A model generated the notes under the pieces. The model had not been told where the DNA came from. It made no database searches and saw only the letters and a list, made by a program, of their open reading frames with translations. The position numbers and the translations under genes were made by a program. 64,000 nucleotides of DNA from an uncultured virus (IMG/VR IMGVR_UViG_3300005683_000014) (Duplodnaviria; Heunggongvirae; Uroviricota; Caudoviricetes): the IMG/VR virus record IMGVR_UViG_3300005683_000014; one strand, given 5' to 3'. Of this stretch, positions 44,924 through 53,918 are shown in pieces (the first letter of the stretch is position 1; the number at the start of each line of letters is the position of its first letter).

Positions 44924-47763
44924 CGTTTTTGAATTCACTTGTCACCTCGCTCCCCCGAGGGTCTGAGTGGTCGTACGCGATCACCATCAGTGGCATCCCA
45001 GACATCTTCAGCGATGGCAAGGCGTCATGGGCGGCGCTGTACTCAGACCGCACGGACAGGCCTGGAACGTTGACGACACGCGATTTCTCATTCGTCAACA
45101 AGTCCGACCCACAGAACCCCTTGGTCACATCCGGGGGTGGAGGGCCGTCCATCAAACTGAGGGATGACGGAACGGATTACCTACATCAAATCTTTTCCGT
45201 TGCCTATGAGGGTAGCTACTCGTACCTCGCTGCGGCCCTTACGGCAGCATCGGCGTCCACCACTATTACCGTTCAAGATAGCAGTATCTTCAGTGTCAAC
45301 CAGTACGTCTATCTCGGCCTGGAGACGTGCAAGGTGACTGCCAAGGCGGCTGGGCCCCCGGCGACTCTGACGGTCGAACGAGCCAAGTTCGATACGTTGC
45401 GGCGCGCCTTCCTCAATACTAACCACCTTGGAATCAAGGTGACCACGGCTCCCCGTGTGATGAAGGGGAGGTTCGTCGAGATTTGGATGGCCCCAATCGA
45501 GCAGTTGAGTGGCACCATCGATATCACCTCGGCCGCGCCCATCTGGGCCGGAATCATGTCCGAGGTGCGCATCGACGGGGAGATCATCGAGCTTCAGACG
45601 GACAGTTTGGATAAACTGTTGACTGGGTCGTGGCCTACCGTGCTGCCCACGGGCTCCCTGTATCAGGGACAGGACACGGTCAACATGACGGTGTCTTCGT
45701 GGCGGTTCAAGTTGGCGTGGTGGGATCTCACGGCCTCTGCCTCGGGGCAGAACACGATCGACCTCGACGTCGGCGCCTATGACACGGCCGGTACCTTCAC
45801 AGTGGTGACTCCGGCGGCCGGTAGGTATGCTTTTACCTACTTGGCGAAGTGTCTTCAGGACACGTTAAACAATTTCTTCGCCACCACCATCCTCACTCCC
45901 TTCTTCTCTGGTGGTGTCCGGCCGTTCACGAACAGTATGACCGTCTGGGTTGAGAAGACGACTGATAAGACACGAATCGTGGCGAACTGGATCCCTGGTG
46001 TCAGCACGGCCTCTACCTCGATCAGCGCCATCGAGATCATCCGTGGTGCAGGCGGGGGAGGAGAGAACGGGTTTGCTCATCGGTTCGCTGGAGGCAAGAT
46101 CCGCCTTGGCGAGACTGACCAGGAGTTGCGTTCTTGGGGTCCTGACTTGGTCGCCATTCTGAAGGGGGATACCAGTATCCCTGTGTATTGTGACAACCCG
46201 TCCTATCCGTTTGCTGTGGCTTGGAAGCGGACCGGTACGTCCGATATCGGAGTCGTGCGTATCCAGAATGGGGATGCTTGGGAGTTGGTGCAGTTCTCGG
46301 GAGTCACTCTGGACTCGACCGATGGCCGACGTATGACCTTGACGGGGTGCATCAGGGGTATTGGTGGGTCAGAGCCACTGGACTGGGCATTGGAGGATGG
46401 GAAGCCCAATCCTGCAATCGTTTCGCAGCTCCTATGTATGTCGGCCAAGACTGGTGCCACCACCATGCTTCGACTGGACGAAGTCGTGGCGGGTATTCTC
46501 ATGTCGACCGAGGACCAGGGACAACAGGGCAGTACGTATGATAACCTCTATGGCAAGGGCATGGGTCTCTACATTCCAGCTCGGTACGTGGACTACGACC
46601 GTATGATGCTGCTTCAGTCCCAGGGCAACCTCATCCAGGTCAACAAGTTCTGGATCGATGAGAAAGGGAAGGGGAAGGAATCTCTCGGTGAGTATTTGAA
46701 GATGCTCGGCATCTATATGACAACTCGCAGGTTCACGCGAGGTGGAGTCCAATACTATGGATTGAGCTGCGACAGCATCGATCCGCCGGTCACCACCACC
46801 ACCTACGACACGTTCACCGATGATGATCGGTTGGCCTTTTCCAGGGCCCCCACCGAGCATAACGAACGGCTGATCATCAATTCGGTGTCGACCCGTCCGT
46901 TCACCAAGCGCTGGGGAACGAAAGAGACCGATGGTGAGCCGATGACGGAATTCGATCAGTGGTCTATCGAGGAATACGGAGCATCCAAGACCCTGGAGAT
47001 CAAGCCGACCGCGCTCTATATCATCTGGGATGATTCGATCACTGGCAATCGGTACAACGGGCGCGAGGCACAGTTGGCGTGGTTGACCATGGTGGCCATC
47101 CGGTGGTTCGGCGCATTCGGGCGAGGACACTACACGATCGATTTGGAAGCTCCTGCTCCCATTGGATGGCGCTTTCAGATGGGGGATAAACTTCTGGTGA
47201 CTCTTACCGGCGTTCGTGATCCGGAGGGCAATCGAGGCATCGTTTCTCGACCCGCCAAGATCACGGAAGTTGATTCTGCTCATGGGTCCAAGGCCAAGGT
47301 AAAGATTCGCCTGCGTATGGGGTACGAGAACTTCGCCGAGTTGGCTCCCTCTGGACAGGTGTCATCGCTGACGTCGACCACGATGACCCTGGTCAGCAAC
47401 ACCTTCAGTCTGTCGACTTGGCCCATTATCGGTAACGGAGCCATTGGTGCTACGGACGCGGACTGGTTCGATCCGGCGTTCTACGGCGGGAATGTGCGCG
47501 CGACTGTTTGGACGGAGGGGAAGTGGGCCTCCACGAAACAGACATTCCAGATCACGGGGCGTAGTGGTAACGTGCTGACCATCAACACCAATCTCACTGC
47601 CACCACCATGGCAACCAATCTGGGTCTCGGTGAGCGTACATTGATTTCCTTCGACACGTATCACACGACCAACAACACGGCACGGCAGAATGCTTTCGCT
47701 CATACGGCGGACAACAGCAGCCCTCCGGACATTAACGGTGGTCGGTGCAAGGAGTTCCGGTAA
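44920..47763 (+). CDS. Tail tip/hub protein
   Basis: 947-aa beta-rich; SIEEYGASK motif; synteny. Confidence 0.65.
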   Translation: MTFLNSLVTSLPRGSEWSYAITISGIPDIFSDGKASWAALYSDRTDRPGTLTTRDFSFVNKSDPQNPLVTSGGGGPSIKLRDDGTDYLHQIFSVAYEGSYSYLAAALTAASASTTITVQDSSIFSVNQYVYLGLETCKVTAKAAGPPATLTVERAKFDTLRRAFLNTNHLGIKVTTAPRVMKGRFVEIWMAPIEQLSGTIDITSAAPIWAGIMSEVRIDGEIIELQTDSLDKLLTGSWPTVLPTGSLYQGQDTVNMTVSSWRFKLAWWDLTASASGQNTIDLDVGAYDTAGTFTVVTPAAGRYAFTYLAKCLQDTLNNFFATTILTPFFSGGVRPFTNSMTVWVEKTTDKTRIVANWIPGVSTASTSISAIEIIRGAGGGGENGFAHRFAGGKIRLGETDQELRSWGPDLVAILKGDTSIPVYCDNPSYPFAVAWKRTGTSDIGVVRIQNGDAWELVQFSGVTLDSTDGRRMTLTGCIRGIGGSEPLDWALEDGKPNPAIVSQLLCMSAKTGATTMLRLDEVVAGILMSTEDQGQQGSTYDNLYGKGMGLYIPARYVDYDRMMLLQSQGNLIQVNKFWIDEKGKGKESLGEYLKMLGIYMTTRRFTRGGVQYYGLSCDSIDPPVTTTTYDTFTDDDRLAFSRAPTEHNERLIINSVSTRPFTKRWGTKETDGEPMTEFDQWSIEEYGASKTLEIKPTALYIIWDDSITGNRYNGREAQLAWLTMVAIRWFGAFGRGHYTIDLEAPAPIGWRFQMGDKLLVTLTGVRDPEGNRGIVSRPAKITEVDSAHGSKAKVKIRLRMGYENFAELAPSGQVSSLTSTTMTLVSNTFSLSTWPIIGNGAIGATDADWFDPAFYGGNVRATVWTEGKWASTKQTFQITGRSGNVLTINTNLTATTMATNLGLGERTLISFDTYHTTNNTARQNAFAHTADNSSPPDINGGRCKEFR

Positions 47764-49364
47764 TGGCTTACAACCAAGAGCCTAATCTGCGGTTCATCCC
47801 CTACCGCCCAGGGGACTTCAAGAACAATCGGCCCATCCAGCAAGGTGGTCAGCTTACGACCCCTTGGCAGAAGGGAATTCAGGATCTGATCTACAATCAG
47901 CTCACGCTGTGGGGGCAGACAGCGCCACCGGTTATTCAGGATTCGCGCACCTGTCTGCTGACGCTGCCGGTTCAGAACACGTACTACGATTTCGCCATGT
48001 ATCGCTACGACACTCCTGGGTTGTTGAATCCGGGAGCTGCTTCGGGTCGGCGGTATTTGCAAATCACAGTTCGCGCGCTGACGACTGGTGCGCATGCGTG
48101 GCAATTTCAGGCACGCACCAGCTCGGGTGTTACGGTCACTTCTGCCAGCTCAGGTGCCGGCGGCTTGCCAGTTCAGGTCACGGCCAATTGTGAGATCCCA
48201 CAGAGTGCCTTGGGTGATTGGGTCATCCTGTCGATTCGTTGCACCACGGCGGCCCAGAAGGCCATCTTGATTTCCCAGGTTACGGCACGGGTGCTTCCGG
48301 CATCGGCCGCAGCGTTGGGCGAAGGGACGGCTCTTTACACCTCCAATCAATTTCGTCCTCTGGACTCGTCGGTAGGTCAGGGGAGTGAAGGGTACCCTCT
48401 CACTGTTCGCGCTGTGCAGGATCTGATCTTCGCGAACCAGAGCATGTTCGAGAGCAACATCCGCGGAGTGATCAACTACTCCGCCTGGGATGTCTTCTCG
48501 ACCCTGACGAATCCCACAACCACGGTGGCTGCGCTGTCTAACGGCGTGAACATCAATACATTCGTTGGGGCAGGTGTGTTGAACGTGGCCTCTACCACGG
48601 GCTTCCCTCCATGGGGTAAGATCCAGGTAACCACAGGGTCGGGCGTCTTCTCGATCTCCTACACCGGCACTACCGCAACCACGTTCACGGGCTGTCAGTG
48701 CAACGGACAAGCGGGCGTCATGTCTACCGGTGGCGCTATCATGAAGGACCACGTCTGCTCCATGATCCAGACCACCATTGCTCCGGCGTCGAACGGCGTG
48801 AACATCAATACATTTGCAGGAGCGGGTGTGTTGAACGTGGGATCGACCACCGGAGCTGCATCTGCGGGCGTGGTGCTCATCACTACGGGGGGTGGTGTCT
48901 TCCCGGTATCCTACACGGGTATCTCAGCTACCACCTTTACGGGCTGTCACTCCAATGGTGCCGCGGGTGTCATGGCTACGGGTGGTGCGGTCATGGCTAC
49001 TGGTAGTGCCCTCGGATTCACTTTCGATCCGGACACCAGCAACAAAATCATGGGGCACCAATGGATTTATTACCCCCGACAAGGGGTTCGCAATCTACGG
49101 CTCTACCTGGATGGCTATGTCCAGGGCTGGGCTAGCTCGTCGGATACGGCCTCTCTGGCTTTCGGGTTCGCGAACAGGGACCCTCAGATTTTCACGATCG
49201 CCAAGGCGACGTATTTGACGGGTACCAGTGCCTGGCCTGCCGAGGGACTTCTGGTGCCTGTTCCGAATGAGAGTGGGCCCTTGTTTTTGGATCTTCGTCG
49301 CACTGACGTACGCATGAAGCCTTGCAAGATCATGAGCATGGCCGTCTTCGAGGAGAATCGCTAA
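47763..49364 (+). CDS. Tail protein with two copies of a domain shared with the tail tube
   Basis: Two SNGVNINTF.GAGVLNV.STTG...SYTG..ATTFTGC repeats. Confidence 0.7.
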   Translation: MAYNQEPNLRFIPYRPGDFKNNRPIQQGGQLTTPWQKGIQDLIYNQLTLWGQTAPPVIQDSRTCLLTLPVQNTYYDFAMYRYDTPGLLNPGAASGRRYLQITVRALTTGAHAWQFQARTSSGVTVTSASSGAGGLPVQVTANCEIPQSALGDWVILSIRCTTAAQKAILISQVTARVLPASAAALGEGTALYTSNQFRPLDSSVGQGSEGYPLTVRAVQDLIFANQSMFESNIRGVINYSAWDVFSTLTNPTTTVAALSNGVNINTFVGAGVLNVASTTGFPPWGKIQVTTGSGVFSISYTGTTATTFTGCQCNGQAGVMSTGGAIMKDHVCSMIQTTIAPASNGVNINTFAGAGVLNVGSTTGAASAGVVLITTGGGVFPVSYTGISATTFTGCHSNGAAGVMATGGAVMATGSALGFTFDPDTSNKIMGHQWIYYPRQGVRNLRLYLDGYVQGWASSSDTASLAFGFANRDPQIFTIAKATYLTGTSAWPAEGLLVPVPNESGPLFLDLRRTDVRMKPCKIMSMAVFEENR

Positions 49365-49981
49365 TGGCTGTTGAGTACAATGGTGAGAATGCGCACAGCT
49401 ATCAGAACGATGAGTACAGCTACGTCTTGAACGGGGCCCTGGCTTCATCCTCGATCTTCCGCAAGATCGCGATGAACCAGACGTGGCTGGCGGTGCAGGA
49501 CTCCGAGGCAATGAATTTCTTCACCTCGACTGCCGGACAGACGCCCGCCATGCCCACGTATCTGGCAACGCGAATTCGAATGCCACCGTTCGCGCAATAC
49601 GTGGAGTTTTGGTTCCTGTGTGAGCGCAATGGTGCCAGCACTGGAGCACCCTACTCCTACATCGAATTGAATGCCGTCGAGTCTTTCGACCAAAAGACGC
49701 TCAACGTCATCTTCGGGGGTTCGAACCCCACGGGGAAGGGTGCAGCGTGGGAAGGTAGTCGTGAGGCGCGTTGGGTAATGTTCACAGGTACTGTGGGCGG
49801 GGCTGGAACGGCGAACGATCCCTTGGCGCTGAAGACCGTCAACACTGCCGTGAACACCTGGACCGATGTGAACGTAACGGTTGCTGTCAGCGACCATAGT
49901 GGGATTGGGGGAGACGTGCGCATCTTCACGGGGTTCTATCGGGTTATCCCTGCCACCGGGCCGTTGCCTTCCTGGGCGTGA
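49364..49981 (+). CDS. Minor tail protein
   Basis: TAATG coupling; beta-rich. Confidence 0.55.
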   Translation: MAVEYNGENAHSYQNDEYSYVLNGALASSSIFRKIAMNQTWLAVQDSEAMNFFTSTAGQTPAMPTYLATRIRMPPFAQYVEFWFLCERNGASTGAPYSYIELNAVESFDQKTLNVIFGGSNPTGKGAAWEGSREARWVMFTGTVGGAGTANDPLALKTVNTAVNTWTDVNVTVAVSDHSGIGGDVRIFTGFYRVIPATGPLPSWA

Positions 49982-50046
49982 AATAAATTCTACTTGCCAC
50001 CGAGCGCTCGTTCGGGGTATCCTGTCATGAATTTGCTGGAGGGTGT

Positions 50047-50865
50047 ATGTCCACAAAGCCGGTGGTTCTCACTATCATTTCAGAAAAGGAGCTGCCGCAG
50101 CCAACGTCCCCTCTGGGTATGTTGACTGGCATCTTCACACAGGATCCTCGGGTCGTGTATCTGAAGCACTTCACGGCCGTGAATGTCAAGTTCGCAGCAT
50201 ACGATCGGGGGTTCGGTAAGGTCATCGATCAGGCGGGATGTGAGCGCCATTCTTGGGAATACCTGGAGATGCGCTCGTTGGAGCAGGCTGAGGTGCTGGC
50301 GAAGAAGCTGGCAACGAAGTGCTACCAGCACCAGATCAAGGTCTTCAACGCCAACGCGGAGGCCGGCACGTCCGGTACCACGCCTTACTCGCCGTACCCC
50401 AATCCGTACTACGTGCTCCAGCACTTCGTGAAAATCTTTCGCTTGTGCGCACCCAGTTACACGGAGCTGTGGTACAATGGTTTCTCCTGGGGAGTGACCA
50501 GTGACGGGCGGCGCCTGCATGATGCCCCTCTCATCAACCTGTTCGATGCGTGGTGTCCGATGAACTACGGGACCTCGGCGGCCGGCATCGAGAAATACTG
50601 GAACGACAAGTGCTTCAAGTATCGGAATCGTCTTCCCGATCTCCAGGTCATTCCCATGCTGGGTGTCGGCCGTGTCGACAAGGACGGGAGTACGTGGGGA
50701 TTCTGGGCCACGCACAAGAAACTGTTGACGACCACTCCTGTGAATGGGGTGAGCTTTTACTTTGGCAACGGGGCCAAGAGTCAGATGCTGGTTGGCAACA
50801 AGAAGCACCCGGCGCTCATCGCTTGTGTGCAGGATCTGCGGGATTCTCCTGGTTGGGAGGTGTAG
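50047..50865 (+). CDS. Putative endolysin (TIM-barrel glycoside hydrolase-like)
   Basis: VNVKF, HSWEYL, ANAE, WCPMNY, GVSFY; heads a cluster of membrane-protein genes. Confidence 0.55.
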   Translation: MSTKPVVLTIISEKELPQPTSPLGMLTGIFTQDPRVVYLKHFTAVNVKFAAYDRGFGKVIDQAGCERHSWEYLEMRSLEQAEVLAKKLATKCYQHQIKVFNANAEAGTSGTTPYSPYPNPYYVLQHFVKIFRLCAPSYTELWYNGFSWGVTSDGRRLHDAPLINLFDAWCPMNYGTSAAGIEKYWNDKCFKYRNRLPDLQVIPMLGVGRVDKDGSTWGFWATHKKLLTTTPVNGVSFYFGNGAKSQMLVGNKKHPALIACVQDLRDSPGWEV

Positions 50866-50866
50866 G

Positions 50867-51229
50867 ATGACGCGACGAAAGGCTTTGGAAGTTGTTGCGC
50901 CGGCTCCCGGGCCGGATGACAAGCCCATTACTCAGGGTATGATCCTGAGCTGGGGGAAGATCGTGGGGTTCATCCTCCCTATCATGGTGACCATCATCGT
51001 GTCTGTGTGGCAGTTCTCGGGCAATACCAAGGCCGCAGAGGTCACCATCAACACTGAGGTCGCGGCTCTCAAGCAGAGTGCCGAGAGCTGGAGGGACAGC
51101 ATGGAGAAGGCTACTAAGGCACTCGAAAAGCTCACCGAGACTACCATTCGTTTCGATGAGCGCCTGCGTGCTTCTGAGCGCGAGAGCGCTGATATCAAGC
51201 GTCGCATCGAGAAGCTGGAGGACAAGTAA
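50867..51229 (+). CDS. One-TM plus coiled-coil protein (holin/antiholin-like)
   Basis: Single TM then coiled coil ending RIEKLEDK. Confidence 0.55.
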   Translation: MTRRKALEVVAPAPGPDDKPITQGMILSWGKIVGFILPIMVTIIVSVWQFSGNTKAAEVTINTEVAALKQSAESWRDSMEKATKALEKLTETTIRFDERLRASERESADIKRRIEKLEDK

Positions 51230-51525
51230 TGGACGAGCTTGGAATCATCTTGACGCTGGGTCTGGCGATCTTTGCACTGCTCCGCATCATCAAGAGCTGG
51301 AGACACAAGAAGTCAATGATTCTGAGTTCGGCGGCGGCCCTGATCGGCGCCCTGCTCGGGATCTTGGCTTTGGGCTGGCCCCAGGGTATGATCGTGGGTC
51401 TGGCTGCTTCGGCTGTTGCGCCCTATGCACTTCAGCGTTGGATCAACAATGTCCCCGCCCCCGCCGTTGAGCGGACCGAGAGCGAGGAGACGTCTCCGCC
51501 CCAAGCGGAAAAGAGAGGGGAGTAA
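51229..51525 (+). CDS. Putative holin (3 TM)
   Basis: Three hydrophobic segments, charged tail. Confidence 0.6.
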   Translation: MDELGIILTLGLAIFALLRIIKSWRHKKSMILSSAAALIGALLGILALGWPQGMIVGLAASAVAPYALQRWINNVPAPAVERTESEETSPPQAEKRGE

Positions 51526-51812
51526 TGCGCGAGCGTTTCGACTGCACCAAGGAAGGTGTGAAGTTCTTGGAGGTGCGCTTCGGTGAGGATGCCGGAGTGT
51601 ATGTCATGGGCGAGAGCATGGCTGGTCCTTTGACTGGCCCTCTAGACCTGATCGCCGATCAGTTCGGGGTCAAGGCAGCGGCCAAGTTCGAGAAGATGGC
51701 GGCTCCTTCGCATGCGGCTGCTCAGGCTCGTGTGTCTGCGGCTCTGACGCGGGTCGAGGAGAAGGTCGCGGAGGATCTCGACAGCGAACCTAGCCAGCGA
51801 TATCCGGAGTAA
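51525..51812 (+). CDS. Hypothetical protein
   Basis: TAATG coupling, GGAG RBS. Confidence 0.65.
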   Translation: MRERFDCTKEGVKFLEVRFGEDAGVYVMGESMAGPLTGPLDLIADQFGVKAAAKFEKMAAPSHAAAQARVSAALTRVEEKVAEDLDSEPSQRYPE

Positions 51813-51816
51813 GAGC

Positions 51817-52170
51817 ATGTGGAGCACCATCGGAAACTACTTGAAGCGTTTCTGGTGGGTCCTCGCTCTCATTGGTTTGGCGATTTACGTGTGGCTGCGC
51901 GCTCGGCTTCGTGAGGCTGAGCGTGCGGCTGTGCTTCGTCAACAGCTCGAAATCGAGCGGACAATGAGGGAGAAGATCCGTACCAGTGAATCTGTTTCGC
52001 GCGAGCAGCGACGTTCGTACGAACTTGAAGTGGAGGTGGGTCGTGCGGCAGTCGAAGCTAAGAAGCGAGAGCTGGATGTACAAGTGGCTTCTGATGCCAA
52101 TGCTTTGGCTAATGCTTGGAATCGCTCCTTCGGCCCGAAGCGAGAGCCCCCTTCCCCTCCCTCTCCCTGA
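51817..52170 (+). CDS. Inner-membrane spanin-like (Rz-like) protein
   Basis: N-terminal TM plus coiled coil in lysis cluster. Confidence 0.55.
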   Translation: MWSTIGNYLKRFWWVLALIGLAIYVWLRARLREAERAAVLRQQLEIERTMREKIRTSESVSREQRRSYELEVEVGRAAVEAKKRELDVQVASDANALANAWNRSFGPKREPPSPPSP

Positions 52171-52522
52171 CCAGTGCGTGCAGGCTTCCATCTTGCTCAA
52201 GGGCAAGGTGGCACCCTGCTCGGGGCTACACGTTAATCCGGTTGAAGCTGCCGAGGCTCTGAAGGCCAAGGACATTGATTTGCCGGCTGCTCGTGAGGCC
52301 TTGAAGAAGCAAGAGGACTTCTATGAGGGAGAGCTGCGTCGAGCGCATGAGCAGACTGATGCTGCCATCGACGCTACCAACAAGCTACAGGCTCTGATCA
52401 TCGACAAGGTAACGTTGCCTCCTTCGAATCCTTCGGTGCTGGAGAGCCCGATTTTCTGGGGAGTTACGTTGTTTCTGGTCGGGTCTATTGCTGGGGCCGC
52501 TACGGTTCTGGCTCTGGAGTAA
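52076..52522 (+). CDS. Overlapping secreted protein with C-terminal TM (spanin partner candidate)
   Basis: Signal peptide MYKWLLMPMLWLMLGIAPSA, coiled coil, C-terminal hydrophobic helix. Confidence 0.55.
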   Translation: MYKWLLMPMLWLMLGIAPSARSESPLPLPLPDQCVQASILLKGKVAPCSGLHVNPVEAAEALKAKDIDLPAAREALKKQEDFYEGELRRAHEQTDAAIDATNKLQALIIDKVTLPPSNPSVLESPIFWGVTLFLVGSIAGAATVLALE

Positions 52523-52524
52523 GC

Positions 52525-53742
52525 ATGGAACCGAACAACGATAAGCCCACGCTGAATCAGTTGCGTGAGGCGCTGGGAGACGGCTACCTTGCTTCTCGGC
52601 CCTCGTTCAAGAAGGCTGCTGCTCGTGTTAAACGACGCATTGGCGTGGACATGGCGCGCGAGGACTTTGACAAACTCAAGAGCGATCTCCGGACGCTGGA
52701 TGAGCTGTTGCACGACCGCAAGGTGGATCTCACCAAATTTCGTGTTGCCAAATACGTCGTGAATTCCTGGGGCAAGTTCGGAGATCACGGTCAGGTAAAG
52801 GCGCACCTTGTGCCTCTGGAGAACGGTAAGCCCCTTCAGAAGATACGACCGGCAGCACGCAAGAATTTCACTTCGAAGGAAGTACGCACTCGCTCCTCCT
52901 GGATGGAGAATCTTTTAATCCCGGATGTGCATTTCGGGTACAAGATGGTTGGAGACTGGTCCACTGGCGACGTCGTGTTGGAGCCTCTTCACGATGAAAA
53001 TGCAGTGTGGCTTCTCCTCAAAGTGGCTGAAGAGTACCAGCCTACGGTTATCACTATTCTTGGTGACGTTCTCGATTTGCCGGCGCTGAGCAAGTTCCTG
53101 TCGGAGCCCGGTCTCAAGCACTTAGTGCAGCCGGCTATCGATGCGGCTGGAGAGTTTCTTCAAAATCTGCGCGCCGCTTGCCCCAAGAGCCGAATCGTCT
53201 TCATCAAGGGTAATCACGAGGAGCGCATCGACATACAGTTGAAGGCTCTCCTTCCCGAATTTGTGGGCATCTGCAAGGCCGGTTCCAAGGAGCCTGTGTT
53301 AGGCATCCCTTATCTTCTGGGTTTTGAAGAGAACGCAATCGAATACGTGCAGCCTTATGGCAAGCGCGTGTACATCAACGGTGTTCTGTATCACCACGGT
53401 GAACTAATCGGGAAGAGGGGAGGTGATACCGTCAGCAAGATGCTGGGGCACTTTCGGCGCTCGTCCGTGTGTGGGCATATTCATCGTCTGGAGCTGGCGT
53501 TCGAGACGCTTCACGAAGAGCATGGGGAGGTGGTCATCTTCGCCATGTCGTGTGGAACGCTTGCTCGCACGGATGGTACTGTGCCCGGTCCCCTCTACCC
53601 CAACTGGCAGAAGGGCTTCGGCGTGATTGCCTTCGGTGGCATCCCCCAGCTCTATCCAATCATCAACGACTCGGTATCGATCGAGGGACGCATCATCTCC
53701 GTCCTCGATGAGGTGATCGAGGAAGAGGAGAAGGAAGAATGA
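52525..53742 (+). CDS. Calcineurin-like metallophosphoesterase
   Basis: PDVHFG, LGDVLD, GNHE, HHGE, GHIHR. Confidence 0.9.
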   Translation: MEPNNDKPTLNQLREALGDGYLASRPSFKKAAARVKRRIGVDMAREDFDKLKSDLRTLDELLHDRKVDLTKFRVAKYVVNSWGKFGDHGQVKAHLVPLENGKPLQKIRPAARKNFTSKEVRTRSSWMENLLIPDVHFGYKMVGDWSTGDVVLEPLHDENAVWLLLKVAEEYQPTVITILGDVLDLPALSKFLSEPGLKHLVQPAIDAAGEFLQNLRAACPKSRIVFIKGNHEERIDIQLKALLPEFVGICKAGSKEPVLGIPYLLGFEENAIEYVQPYGKRVYINGVLYHHGELIGKRGGDTVSKMLGHFRRSSVCGHIHRLELAFETLHEEHGEVVIFAMSCGTLARTDGTVPGPLYPNWQKGFGVIAFGGIPQLYPIINDSVSIEGRIISVLDEVIEEEEKEE

Positions 53743-53918
53743 TTTTCACTCTGCGTCCTGTGATCGAGATCGAGGCCGAGTCCTCGAACGAGGCGCTCAA
53801 GAAGCTCTTGTGCAATATGTCCAATCATCTCGGCGAATTCGATGTGACTATCGATCCCGATGATGGTACCCTGCCTGAGGAGGAGGACTACCCCTCGATC
53901 GAGACTAAGCATGGGTGA
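53739..53918 (+). CDS. Small acidic hypothetical protein (not in ORF track)
   Basis: ATGA overlap; MIFTLRPVIEIEAES... Confidence 0.55.
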   Translation: MIFTLRPVIEIEAESSNEALKKLLCNMSNHLGEFDVTIDPDDGTLPEEEDYPSIETKHG

